In this document: in pieces, positions 1 to 12,042 of the stretch
Position numbering within the stretch: position 1 is the stretch's first letter
Layout: each line of letters begins with the position of its first letter
Made by a program: the position numbers and the translations under genes
Notes under the pieces: generated by a model
The model's input: only the letters and a program-made list of their open reading frames with translations
Databases searched by the model: none
What the model was told of the DNA's origin: nothing
NCBI RefSeq assembly: GCF_009914755.1
Contig: NC_060931.1
DNA from: the human T2T-CHM13v2.0 reference genome, Homo sapiens
DNA: 64,000 bases
Reading direction: 5' to 3' (one strand)

Positions 1-1380
1 GAAATCCAAACTATGACATACAGGATGATGGTGGTGGTGGTTAACAGGCAAAAGTGGCAAGACAGGGCAGAGAAGGTGAAGGTAGCAAAGTTAGAAAGAA
101 ATACTAGATATGGTTTTCCCTAAAATCCAAATATAAGCATGATTGAGAGTATCTATGGCAAAGGAAATATTCTACCAACCTGATTAACAACTTCATTCTG
201 CTTTGAAAGACACTCAACCTGGATTGCAAATTCCATGAGAATCAGCAGACTAGCTAATCTCATTTCAGTTTATCTCCACAGTAATCAATAATTGATCCCA
301 GGGGAAGGTCAGCCTAGTGTCCTTAGGTGACTCTTCCTTTGCCAATTTGTTTTGAGCTCTCTTTATACAAGAGTGTAGGTATTATGATACAGAGATTATT
401 TCTTTAAATTGGAGATGCATCTGATGACACTTGGAGAAAACCATCTAAAGATCACTAAAGGAATTTACCAAAAGGTAAAACCATGAATAAAAATAATTTT
501 CAGACATGTTTCATAGGACTACAGTTCAACTGTTATATATTACTTATGTTCTTAATAGTTTGGAACCACTTGTCAGTCAAAATTAAATCATAGGCATTCC
601 ATTTGTAGAACAAATTAGTCAATCTTATTTGCATGAATCACAAAATTCTTACAGCTCTTCATTTTCTTAAAGTATTTAACACCCTCCCCATTTTCTCAAC
701 GTGAATATCAGGGTACATTAGTCACAAGACCATAACCCAATTACTTAAAGGGCATATTACATAAATGATTACACAACCTGCTGTGAAATACTGTATCTTT
801 AGCATTTGGACCACTTGGGACATTGAGAGGAAGGATTCATTAATGAAGTGTGAAGCTCATTTTTATTTATAGTCCACAGGAAAGGCATATTTCACAGCCA
901 TCAGAAGCACTTCTGCAGGCAAGAAGTTACAGCTAATCCAAGTGCTATACCAAGCTAGTACAAGTCCAATCCTGGTGTCCCTGGCAGTCAGAAATGTTGT
1001 AAAGGGGAAAGGAATTTTATAAAAAAATTGATAGCACAAGGAGTATGAGAATGTAGAAGATCAAATCCAGACCACAGCCGAAACCTTGATAGGAGGGACA
1101 CATGATGAATTAGCCTATAGGCTGAAAGGTCTGGAGGAAGTTGTGATGGTATGGGTCAGATATCTTCCACTTCCTCTGTGAAGTAGTAGAAAGTCATTTT
1201 TTGAGAAAGCGGAAGTGGGGAGAGTGGTGACTTGAAAGAGTCACTTTGGGATATGGTAGAGCAAGTTAATTGGGAAATAGCGGATAATTAGGCAATTTGA
1301 AGTTGGTGACTATGAACTTTGAGAAGCATCAAATCTCTCAATCCATTTCTGTCAATTTACCCTACTACTGAATGATTTAA

Positions 1381-1455
1381 TTCATTTTGTGTCACCAGCA
1401 CCTAGCACAGCTCCTGGCACAAGGTAGATGCTCATATTTGACTCAATTAGAAATG
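1381..1455 (+). mobile_element. L2 LINE 3'-end fragment
   Basis: 'ccagcacctagcacagctcctggcacaaggtagatgctca' resembles the L2 terminal motif cctagcacagtgcctggcacatagtaggcgctcaataaa. Confidence 0.7.
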
Positions 1456-1949
1456 GCAAATATCTGAATTGTCTGAACACAAACAGTAAATGGTAAATAA
1501 ATACTGGCCTTCTTTTAGGTTTGCAAAACACAATTGATTTGATAGTGAAGGCCAACATATACATAAAGAAAAACCAGAGGCCTCGATTTTACATTCAAGG
1601 TAGGTCACTGGTACACAGGAAGCCAGCTGAGGAGAGGTACAAGTGAGGGGACGTGAGGAGCACGGGTGGTGAGTATGAGATGGCTGCCCAGTCACCTCTG
1701 CTGAAAACCACCTTTGAGAGTAGCAGGATTCTAGAAACAGGATCAAAAGAATCAGTGTAGCACCATATATCACTGCCTCTGTAAGAAAACTGTGCTTGTC
1801 AACCTGGAGTTTGGGGAAAAGCTTTAAAGGAAACCTGTCATTCTGTACTCCAGCTTCCAACTTTGCAAAAGGCACTTTTCCTTGGAACTCAGGCAGAAAA
1901 ATAATAAATCACGCCTAGCTCTCTTGCTCAGGATCCAGTCCCGGTTCCC

Positions 1950-2320
1950 CACCTGTAGTTCCCTCCAGCTGCTTCCTGCTACTTCCATTCCTGCACCTTA
2001 TGCTCCAGCTATTCCAAAGTACTTCCTGGCTTAAAACACCAAGTGATGTTGTAAGTCCCAAGCTTTGTAAGTGATGTTCTCTCTCACTGGAGTCCTTTCT
2101 CTCCCCAGCCCCTTCCATTATAAATTCCCACTCCTCCTCCTCAGATGTCTCTTCTTCTACAAAGCCTGTCCCGCCCCTTTCACAGAGTAAAGAAGCCCAC
2201 CCCTACTGTGTCCCTGAACGTGGCTTTAGGCATGGAAGAAACTACATTTAACCTTTGTTCCCCATAACTTGAAAAGCAACTGGCACATCATAGATTCTCA
2301 ATGCATGTCTGTTGAATTGA
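1950..2320 (+). mobile_element. Degenerate L2 fragment
   Basis: Pyrimidine-rich L2-like body ending in 'tggcacatcatagattctcaatgcatgtctgttgaattga', an L2 3'-end motif. Confidence 0.5.
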
Positions 2321-4379
2321 GTTTTACTGTTCATCTACCTTGCAGACAAATGACATTTCTTAGATATCAATTCTTTTTGATTTCCTTTTTCCAACCCATG
2401 GACTATAACTTTTTTTTTTTAACTAATTTCAGGAACACATACGATGTATGCACTACTGGAGTCTGAATAAAATTTCTAAAAAGTAGAAATAATTTAAATG
2501 AAAACTGATTTCTTTATTCTATCAGTTTTTGAACTCAAACTGTCTAGAAACAAGAAGGTTCATATTGATTTAAAGATGTATAAAATATAACAAAAGACAT
2601 GCGGGTTATGGAAATAAGACTGTTCATTCTCCAAATTCACAAATATTAGAATTAAAGGCACCCCTGAAAGCCTGAAGAAGGTGGCTGTAGAATAAATAAA
2701 AGGAGTGCCACTTTACACAGCAGGTGGCAAACATGAAACGTTTTATTGTAAGAATTGGTACAGACTTGAAAGTATAAGTACGTTCCAAGGAGGACTTAGC
2801 TATAATCTAGGATGATGGTTCCAGCATGTCACTGGGTGGAAATTAGAGCTATTTACTTTGTCAGCAGGGCATGCCCACCCCACACTTACTCACGAAGTGC
2901 CACCTGTATCTTTGCCACTGTAGCTGGAGCACCGAGCAAGATACATCCAGTTGGTCTGATCTAACTCAGCACAGCATTTCTGGTGCTTTTATACTCTCTA
3001 GAATCATAGCTATGTTGTTTGGAGAAATTTATTTTCTTGAAATAGGATGCAGTTCTTTCTTTGATTCATCCAACGTAACTCTCATCGATCTTTTAAAATA
3101 AAATATCTTCCAAAATATTTACTTCATTGAACAAATACATGAGGGAGGTCAAAGAGATATATTGCATACCCCACCCATCTGCATGCTGAATGTCTTTCTA
3201 AACCATCAACCCTTGAGAAGGGAAAGGCTGAGTTACCAAGTGGACTGAGGTGGATATGTGGCAATTGGAACCATATTGAACCATGCAGGAAACAAAAAGA
3301 AAAGCACAGAAAGAACTTATCTGGAACTAAATAGCAAGTTCGGTTCACAAAAGTTTTATTCACAAGTTTTTCCATGTGAAGACCTTAAAATTCCACTCAA
3401 TAAACATGTTTATAAAATAAGCACACAAACAGCCTGGAAACACATGTTAGCATTATATAAGAAGTAGAGAAAGACAATGAAATCAGTCCTGTCCTCCTTA
3501 TGCTAATTTTGATTTAATGTCTCTAGGGACCTGTGCTCATGGAAGAAAATCAAGGAACATCTTAACATGGAAAACAACAGAAGGCTAAACTTGTGGCTCA
3601 GCACAGGAGAGGGTAGTAGAAAACCTGGAATTGACGCCCTCTTGAAGGCTGCCAATGTTTAATAACCCCCAGAGCCCATTGTTGTAAGATGTGGCTAATT
3701 CTAGCAGTAGTTACTCATAAAAGACAAGGGTATAAATCTGGAAACCTAAGATAAAGACTATGAAGAAACTCTGAGGAGAAAGAGATTGGTCGTAAGCAAG
3801 CGTGGAAGAAAAGTGGCAGCCAGTGTGGAGGAAGGAGGGGCAGTATGTGAGTGGATAGGCTGGGGCTATGCATATGAGTTGTGTTCTCTTTGCTCTGTAC
3901 AACTTCACTTGCCCTCTTACCACTGGGGTGGAAGAATAGCAGCACCAGCCCACCTTCGTAGCAGTTATGGGGTATATTTGGGGCAGAGCTGGAATCTGGG
4001 CTGCATTGGGAGAAGATTAGCCTACCCCTAAACGGTTCCTCCACCTCACTGTCCCTCTCCACAGCCCAAAGCTTAGGACTTGACAACCAAGTAGCAAACT
4101 AAGTTGTAAAAAGAGAGCAGGCTCAGAGCAGAGGCATAGACAGTTTTACCTAAGAGCAGAGTTTCTTATAAAGAGGCAGCAAATGCTAACCTCAAGTACA
4201 GGCTTTGGTGATATGAACTCTGTGTCCTGGGGCACTCCATCACCCTCCTCTTCTTAAACTCACCAGGAATGACAAAGACTAGGATCTGGCTCTGGCTCTT
4301 CCTCTATATGACTGATACCTGAAGCAGACAAAGTGGGATAGGGTTCAAGGCAGCAGTCATGATGAGAGGCAATACACTG

Positions 4380-4810
4380 AACAACTTACACCCAATAAAT
4401 CAGAACTAATGAAAACGAGAAATCGAGAAGTTAAAATAAGCAAAATAAATGTCATCAAAGAGGGAAGAGAGATTATTGATAACATGAAGCAGGAACAAGA
4501 AGTTATAAAAATCTGAAAAGAAAAACAATATATGAAGAATATAAAGTTGAAACAACTTCCTAGATGGAATAAATAGCAGAATGGATACAACCAAACAATG
4601 ATTGAGAGCAGATGCAGAAATTATCTCATAAGGTATTGGAAAAGAAAAAAGATATAAAGTGTAATAGTTAAGATCTGTGGAATATACAAGTGTCCACATC
4701 TTTTTAACAACAGTCTCAGAGGAGAGGATAATAAAGCAGTTGAGGAAATAACTCCTGAAAATTTCTATGAATTAAAGAAAGGGGAAAAACTATAGATTAA
4801 AGGTCTAACA
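4380..4810 (+). mobile_element. Ancient L1M/HAL1-like ORF1 remnant
   Basis: A-rich degenerate ORF1-like motifs 'tagatggaataaatagcagaatggatac' and 'gaggaaataactcctgaaaatttc'; no open frame. Confidence 0.5.
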
Positions 4811-4985
4811 AGGAAAAGAAGGAAGAGAGGAAGGGAGAGAGGGAGGGAAGGAGGGGAAAGAACAAGGAAATGAGAACAAATAAGGAAAGAGGAGAAAGAA
4901 AAAGAAAGAAAAGAGGATGGGGAGAAGAAAGGAGGAGAGAAGAGGACAAAAGAGGACAGGAGAGAAGAGAGGGAAAAAAGAAGTC
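4810..4985 (+). repeat. GA-rich polypurine low-complexity tract
   Basis: ~175 nt almost entirely A/G. Confidence 0.9.
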
Positions 4986-5023
4986 AAATGTATAGAAAAG
5001 AATCAAGGACTAACAGACTACAC

Positions 5024-5290
5024 TGAAGGTTCTTAACTTGTTTTGGTGCCATGAATCACTTTGGCAATCTGGTGAATTCTATGGACTCATTCTAAAATGA
5101 AAAAATTTTAAAAATTGTTATTAATTGCATAACACAAAATACATAAGATTATAAATAAAACCATTTATGTTGAAAAATAGTTACCAAAATATTTTTTAAA
5201 AAACAAATTTATGATATAGTAATAGGTGTTCTCCCTTATTAATGAGAACACAACAAGACTTAGTGGATGGTCTAATACTGTAATTTTGAA
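5024..5290. mobile_element. hAT-Charlie-type non-autonomous DNA transposon fragment
   Basis: Begins 'aggttcttaacttgttttggtgccatgaatcactttggcaatctggtgaattctatggac', similar to the Charlie-family terminus caggggttcttaacc...gccatggacccctttggcagtctggtgaagcctatggac; exact MER name not assigned. Confidence 0.65.
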
Positions 5291-6112
5291 GAACCACAGC
5301 CAACCCATTTTATCATGGATGAAAAAAATATACATTGTTGCTGACACAAAAATGTAAGTTGGTTGTAACTGCAGCCTAACCAAGTATTAATGATAAACAT
5401 AGCTACATGGATAAAAGTAGAAAACAAAGCAAGATTTATAGTACGATACCACTGATAAAAATTAAAAACACATTCACACGCAAAACAATACCACAGACTT
5501 AACAAGGTTACACACATTATGTAAAACAATTACATCAAAGACACCAAAGTGAATGCTAAGGGAGAAAAGGGAATTGGAGCAGTGATCAGAGAAGATGAAA
5601 GAGAAAGAAAATAAGACAAGAAGAAGGCTTTGCACCAATCAGTGATGGCAATGTGCTCTAAACTAAGGATAATGATTAACATAACTCTCAGTACCTAAGA
5701 TCTAATTAAAACAAACAACCCCATCAAAGATGGGTGGAGGCTGAAAGTCAGACATTATTGGCATTTGAGAGAATAGAAAAAAAATTACAAGATAGCAACT
5801 AAAGATTTTATACAAGTAAACCCAGACTTTGTCAGCTCTAATAGTCCTAAAATTGCTGTTTTCAGAGATGTCCTTACCCCACCTCAAGAGAGTACACCAT
5901 TGAGACCAGGTCAGGCATAAAAGCCTGTCAGCCTAGAGAGGACATGGAATAGCTCTCAGAACTGTCCTAATCTGAAAGGCCAGCCACAAATTGTCTTTTC
6001 CAGTTCAGACAAAGGACATCCTCACCGTCCACTCTCTTGTCAGTGGAGACAGAAAAAAACTCAGGAATCCAATGGTTGTCCAGACATTTGGGTGAAGACA
6101 TGACATTCCATT

Positions 6113-6470
6113 TGTCTTCAATCATTACTGCCGCTATAATAAAAATACCTTAGTCTGGGTAATTTATAAACAACAGAAAGTTATTTCTCACAGTTTCAAA
6201 GGCAGGGACGTCCAAGATCAAGGCACCAGTACATTCAGTGTCTCGTGAGGGCTTGATTGTGCTTCAAAGATGGCACCTTGCTAATGTGTCACCACATGGT
6301 GGAAAAGGAGCAAGGGAGCCTCTTTTATAAGGGCACTAATCTTATCCATGACAGTGGAGCCCTCATGACTTAATCACTTCCCAAAGGCCCCGCCTCTTAA
6401 TACTATTTCATCAGGTATTAGGTTCTAACATGTGAATTCGTAGGGGGACACAAACATTCAGACCATCACA
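6113..6470 (-). mobile_element. MLT1A-type MaLR solo LTR
   Basis: Typical reverse-strand MLT1A motifs: 'ctgggtaatttataaacaacagaaa', 'gtccaagatcaaggcaccag', 'cctcatgacttaatcacttcccaaaggcccc', end 'gacacaaacattcagaccatcaca'. Confidence 0.85.
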
Positions 6471-8117
6471 CCATCTATACCAAAAAAAAAAAGGCTGAAT
6501 ATGCTCTCCTGGTCTTTTTACTGCCCCCTAGCTGTAGGTGGTAGCAATAAACAACTGGTTGTTTTCATTCTGTTTCTCTATCTGCCTCACCACCTCTAGA
6601 AGGGCCCTAACTTAAGTTGGAGTGACAGCATACAAAACTCTCCAAGCAAGTCCTCTTGGTCCCCCAATATGCCATGAAGCATGCTCCCCAGGAGAAAGCC
6701 TGTATGGAAATTACGCTGATGCATTCCTCCTTGCATTCAGGTTTGGTAAGAGCAGGCTGTGTGCAAGTGGTTACAGCTGCTCAGTGGACCAGGCTGTGGA
6801 AAACAAAAACGAAGGCTTTGATTTCATCTCTCCCGGGTATTCTCCACATCACTTTTGTTGTGTGCGAACTAATAATAACAGATCTGATCTACATACAGTT
6901 CTTCTTGTCTAAAATTACTCATTTAAATTAAGCATTTTAGTCACTGTTTGATAATAAGATGCAAGGTAAAGTACTTGTGAGCACAGAAAATTAATAGAAA
7001 GGAAACACTGAGCGTATGTTGAGTTTAGCCACCAGCATCTATTTTTAAAGATGACCTAATTAATTGTTACATAGAATGTCAGGAGAAAAGAAACACTGGC
7101 AAAGCTTTTAGACAAGGCAACTACTAACTTTAAAAGTATGGCACTGCTGAAACAGCTGTATAAAAGCTTGCAGCATGATTTCAACACAGTTGTCAAGCAT
7201 GCTGGAATAAATACATGGCAATAAAAAGCCATGTAAATTTCTGGGAGAAAAAAAAAATGACAGGACTGAAAGTTGAACTTTAAAAAAATTGTAATTTTTA
7301 AATTGTGTGTATCTCCTTAAGATAATCCTCATTTAGTAAATCATATTTACAGTCATTTTGCCACAGGCTTTTCTTCCCTAGCTATACATGTATACAGCAC
7401 CATGAAGCTTTACACTGTTTTTCATAAGAGTTACGGTTATTTAAATGGCAAATAAACCAAAGACAAAGACTTGGTTTTTATTAAATTACAGCATCCTAAA
7501 ATTTAAACAAAATAATCCAAATGCTGAATTCCTCCCTGAAAAACTGACATAAATTGCAATAAAACATGCTCGCAAAACTGAAGCATCCTACTTTATTTTC
7601 ACAAATAAAAGGTGATTCTGAAAATTGACTTCACTTCTAAAGTAGGAAAGCAAAACTAAAGAATAAATACTGTAATGGAATGTAAAAGAATATGTTTAAT
7701 AGAGAGGTTTTATAAAAGCATTGCCTAAGCATAAGAAAACTAGAAAATGGTATTTTAAAGACTATTAACATACATCTCTTTCAAGAAAACACTAATCTAA
7801 TACCACATAAAAGGAGAGGTAGCATATATACACCTACTTAGATTAAACCCCAGCCACCAATATACACTCTGAGGTCTTTATAACCCCTCCTTGCAAAAAA
7901 GGAGGGTGTTTGATTAGTGAGTTTACCAAATTCACATTAACTGGGAGTGGAAACCTGCCAACGGGACTTGCAGGGTTGAAGGATAGAAGAAACTCACTCA
8001 TGTCATGTCCCTCTATCCAAATTTAATAAGATAAACAAAAACTAGCAAATAAAAATTAAAACAAAAACTCACCAACAAATAGCAAACAAAGAAAAAGCCA
8101 CAAGCCAAGGCCATTAC

Positions 8118-8290
8118 CTCAGAAAATAATGGGTGAGGAAAAACAAAGAAGATTCCAGAGCAGAGCAGGGCGGCCTGTGTAAGGGTGTAAGGAGGCTCCA
8201 TCACGCGCGCGCGCACACACACACACACACACCCCTCACAAGTTACACAGCAGAGCTGCAAAATCCTGCACCCTCACATCAATAATGGAT
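8118..8290 (-). other. Candidate spliced exon (probably non-coding/5'-UTR) of an unidentified minus-strand transcript
   Basis: Minus strand: branch-like TACTAA, then 'gttcgcctctttccag|' acceptor (AG at 8291-8292), 173-nt exon, donor 'GAG|gtaatg' (GT at 8116-8117). No transcript evidence available. Confidence 0.4.
8202..8232. repeat. (CG)5(CA)9 compound microsatellite
   Basis: cacgcgcgcgcgcacacacacacacacacac. Confidence 0.95.
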
Positions 8291-8674
8291 CTGGAAAGAG
8301 GCGAACTTAGTAGGGTGGGCCTTTTTCCCTTTTCTGGGGAGCTGTGGAAGGGATGCTAGGGAGAAAAAAGCAGTTTTCTGGCAAAAGAGAAGCCTCTAGG
8401 CTACAGGATGAATTGAGGGAGGATCAGAAGCAAGTGGGGACGCCTCCAGGGATAGAGGTCACCCCCCTCCCCCCGCCCTTAGGTGAACATTTAGCATTAC
8501 CTCTCTCAGAGGTGAGAATCCAGACTAACTCCTGCACCCACCTCGACTGAGCTCTCTGGCTCCCAGCCTATTCCCAGGAAACAGAAAAGTGGATCAAACA
8601 CCAAAAAGCAGAGCCTGAGTGGTCTTTTCTTAGTAGAAACAAGAGTTCTCAGATTAGAAGAGAAAGACAGTCAA

Positions 8675-8812
8675 GGACGATGGTTATTTCTGGATGATGG
8701 GATTAGAGGTCATTCTTTTTACTTTCTTCTCTGTACTGTTCCGAGTTGCTTAAACATTCTTTATCATACACTTAAAATTTTTACTTACAACAAAAACAAT
8801 TTTAATTGAAAG
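8675..8812 (+). mobile_element. Old L1M (L1MC/ME-type) 3'-end fragment
   Basis: 'tggttatttctggatgatgggattagaggtcattctttttactttctt' matches the old L1M 3' UTR pattern. Confidence 0.55.
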
Positions 8813-9436
8813 AAGAAACGCGACTATACAAATTTTTAAGAACCATGAACCTGAGGTAGGAAAACAACAAACTACATAATGTTCCTGTCTTCACAAGATA
8901 AATCCCACCTGTGTGGCCCTTTGATCTTTGAGAGAAGAGCAAAGAAGGAAAAGAGGAGGGAAACATCAAGATTTAGAAAAAACAAGATGCACAAAAGAGG
9001 AAGCTGATCTGTGAGATAGGGAGGTCCAGGCTCTACTGGAACAGCTGGAGAGATAGAATCTTTCTTCCAGTCCTAGATTTTCCCTCCCATTTCCAGCCTA
9101 TACTCCTACAAATTGATTCTTCCATCATCCAATCACCACCAAACCCTGACACTCAGTCTCAGTCAGCTCTAGCTAGGGAAGCAATTGCAGGGGGCTGATG
9201 TGAGAATTGCATTACTTTAGTGCATGTGTGTCCATGCATACACTTATGTGTGCGCATGCATGTGTACAGTAGAGCTGCTGAAGCAAAAGACTTATTCCAA
9301 ACATGAACGATGATATCTGAAAGAAAATATACCATTCTTTACTTGAATGCACTTTTTCTACCAAAAAAACTATTAAATAACTAATTTCTATAAGACATGA
9401 ATAAAGACAACTATAATGACAAACAAGATTCAAAGG

Positions 9437-9479
9437 GTACCCTAGAACTTAAAGTATAATAAAAATATATGTATAAAAA
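9437..9479 (+). mobile_element. Extremely 5'-truncated L1PA insertion (~40 bp) with TSD
   Basis: 'gtaccctagaacttaaagtataataaaaa' is the L1PA terminus; flanked by aagattcaaagggt (9425-9438) and aagatttaaagggt (9480-9493). Confidence 0.85.
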
Positions 9480-10184
9480 AAGATTTAAAGGGTGCATCAG
9501 CAGAAACACACACTATTCTGTCACTGTTTACCCTATTTCAGTGGATTTAAGGATCACTGATTATACGATGTACCCTTATTTTATGTGCTACTATGAGAGA
9601 AAAAAAATTATCAAGTAAATTATAACTCAGTACTTCCTCATCACATCAACTGCAAGACACATGCTGATCACAGGGATGTTAGAGTGAACACAATGGAATA
9701 TTACTCATTGCTCACACACCTGTCAAGATGTGTGATCCTTGATGGGTCCTTTAACTCTTCTGGTTATACAATGTTGAACTATATAGCATTTGTAAGATCC
9801 TCTTATGTTCTGAAAATTCTGTGCTTCCAGGTCTGTGGTTTTCTCCCAGAACTAAGATATTTTGGAGCCCTGGGGCCTTCCAGGCCACAAAGAACAGGAG
9901 CTACAGGTGGGATCTGTGGTTTGGAAAGACTAAGAGGCTCCAAGCCTTTGGGGCAGCCCCTTCCTCAGCTCTAACAAGAAGGCACCAGTGAAAAGACAGC
10001 TTTCCTCCCTCAGCCACCGCCTCTCTCTCACCCATACCTCCGTTCAGGGCTTTTTCCCACTTATTCCTATTTCTTGGTTCCTCTTTTCCCAGGCCAGAAG
10101 AGAAAGCAGCAGAAAGGAATATCCCAGGCCTTTTTCTTCCATCTAATCAAGACTTCAGGATGGCTTTCTTGCAGTCAGGGAATG

Positions 10185-10198
10185 GTTGCCTGGGTAAC
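10185..10198. promoter_or_regulatory. RFX X-box-like palindrome
   Basis: GTTGCC-TG-GGTAAC fits the GTTRCC-N2-GGYAAC X-box consensus; embedded in the longer inverted repeat tggtt...aacca. Confidence 0.45.
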
Positions 10199-10766
10199 CA
10201 AGTATTAACTATAAGGATCTCCCCTTCTCTCTTTTTGCTAGACTAACCATTCTGGTTTCTCCCTCCTGTCTGAGTAGGGAGTTAATAGTAAAAGGATTTA
10301 TTTAACTAGGCTCTGGATTTTATAACCCTTGCTGGCTTCCAACAGCGAACTCCAAACTGCCTTTTACTGGAGGCTTGTCTTAAATGAACCAGAACTACTT
10401 TTTCTCATCTATTATTTTAAACCTAATTGGAACACAGCAAAGCGAAACAAGTTTGAAAGGCAGTCAGAGTAGCTTCCCTATGCCATGATTTATCAATGTC
10501 TGAGGCTAGCATATTAAAATATAGCTCTTGTTTTGTACCATCAAGATTGGATGAAAATAAGAATGCCTTTAGAAGGGAAAGGGCTTTCTTAACCAAAATA
10601 TCTAACTCTACTCCTTATCACTGTTCACAGAGTAGATTATTGTATTTAGTTATGTGGATGATGGGTGGGGCCCAAAGAAATAGATCCGGGGTCTGGGGTA
10701 CAGTGTGGTAAATGCAAGCCTGAAAAGATATCTTCAGAAGAAGGTGTGTAACAGAGGGATAGGGGT

Positions 10767-10916
10767 TGTAGTAGGCTGTTCTTGTATTGCTATAAAGAGA
10801 TATCTGAGACTGGGTAATTTACAAAGAAAAGAGGTTTAATTGGCTCTCAGTTCTGCAGGCTGTACAGGGAGCATAGACCTGGCATCTGTTTCTGGTGAGG
10901 CCTCAGGAAGCTTATC
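10767..10916 (-). mobile_element. Partial MST (MSTA/B) MaLR LTR
   Basis: 'ttgctataaagagatatctgagactgggtaatttacaaagaaaagaggtttaattggctctcagttctgcaggctgtacagg...ggcctcaggaagctta'; only ~150 bp present. Confidence 0.8.
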
Positions 10917-10919
10917 AGG

Positions 10920-11245
10920 CAGGGGCCATAACAGCCTGCCCTTCTCTCTGGCTTCTTGTTGAGTTTAATCAGTGCAAAGGACTTGCCAGGGATGAGAAAG
11001 TAGGAAAGACAAATTGAGTTACGTATAACACCCTCTTTCCCTGCTGGGTTGGCAGTGACTGTTTCTCTGCTGAAGGCCACAGCTCCTGCCTGGCAGAACT
11101 CTCCTACAAATACAACCTCCATGGGTTTCAGCAGCTTCTTCAAGCCTAGGTGGTAGGGGGTTCCCCCTGTAACTAGGGCATGGGTGCTTCACCATCCCAT
11201 GTTGAATTCCCTTAATTCCTTTTATAAATAAATCCTTCCATAACC
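10920..11245. mobile_element. LTR33-like ERVL LTR fragment
   Basis: 'gaaggccacagctcctg', 'gcctaggtggt', 'gtgcttcaccatccc...ttcccttaa' motifs typical of LTR33. Confidence 0.6.
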
Positions 11246-11289
11246 ACTTTCTTCAGAATTATTTATCCATGTATAAGAATGATACTGTG

Positions 11290-11520
11290 ATTATTTTTTC
11301 AAGTGGGCTTTACCTTTTAGAGATACATCCTGAAGTATTTAGGGACAAAGTGATATTTAAATGAAGCGTGTTTGGTCATGATTTGATAACCGTCAAAGCT
11401 AAGAGATCATGATTTGGTAATCATCAAAGTAAAAGCGTTCAGGGTCTTTATAATTTTCCCTCTACTTTTGCACATGTTTAAAATTTTTCCATCATAAAGA
11501 AATTTTTTAATGATAAAAAA
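11290..11520 (+). mobile_element. Old L1M 3'-end fragment
   Basis: 'ttttagagatacatcctgaagtatttaggg' ... 'ctctacttttgcacatgtttaaaatttttccat'. Confidence 0.65.
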
Positions 11521-11618
11521 AATGTTTAAGCACCCCTTTGGGAGATGCTGTTTCCCATAGGGACCTGGACTGACACAGGAGCAGAGGAGGAATGAGCAGA
11601 GAATATCAGCAAGATGAA

Positions 11619-12042
11619 TGATATAGTTTGGATAATTGTCCCTACCCAAACCTCATGTTGAATTGTAATCCCCAATGTTGGAAGTGAGGCCTGGCAGGAG
11701 GTGATTAGATCTGGAACTGAATTTCTCATGAACGGTTTAGCACCATCCCCTTGGCACTGTCCTCAGGATAGTGAGTGAGTTCTTGTGAGATCCGATCATT
11801 TAAAGGGGTATAGTAACTCCCCCCTCACTCTCTTGCTCCTGCTCTGGCCATGCGATGTGCCTGCTCCCCCTTTGCCTTCCACAATGTTTGTAAGTTTCCT
11901 GAAGCCTCCCCAGAAGCTGAGCAGATGCCAGCATCATGCTTCTTGTACAGCCTGCAGAACCATGAGCCAATTAAACCTCTTTTCTTTATAAATTACCCAG
12001 AGTCAGGTATCTCTTTATAGCAGTGCAAGAACGACTAATACA
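11619..12042 (+). mobile_element. MST (MSTA/MSTB) MaLR solo LTR, full length
   Basis: TG...CA termini 'tgatatagtttggat' to 'gactaataca', 424 bp, with 'gagccaattaaacctcttttctttataaattacccag'. Confidence 0.9.

Noticed and set aside
1447-1875. 142-aa minus-strand ORF
   Set aside because: Non-ATG start, no recognisable domain, no supporting splice signals
4797-5006. Hydrophobic Phe/Leu/Ser-rich ORFs resembling membrane peptides
   Set aside because: Translation artefact of the GA-rich low-complexity tract
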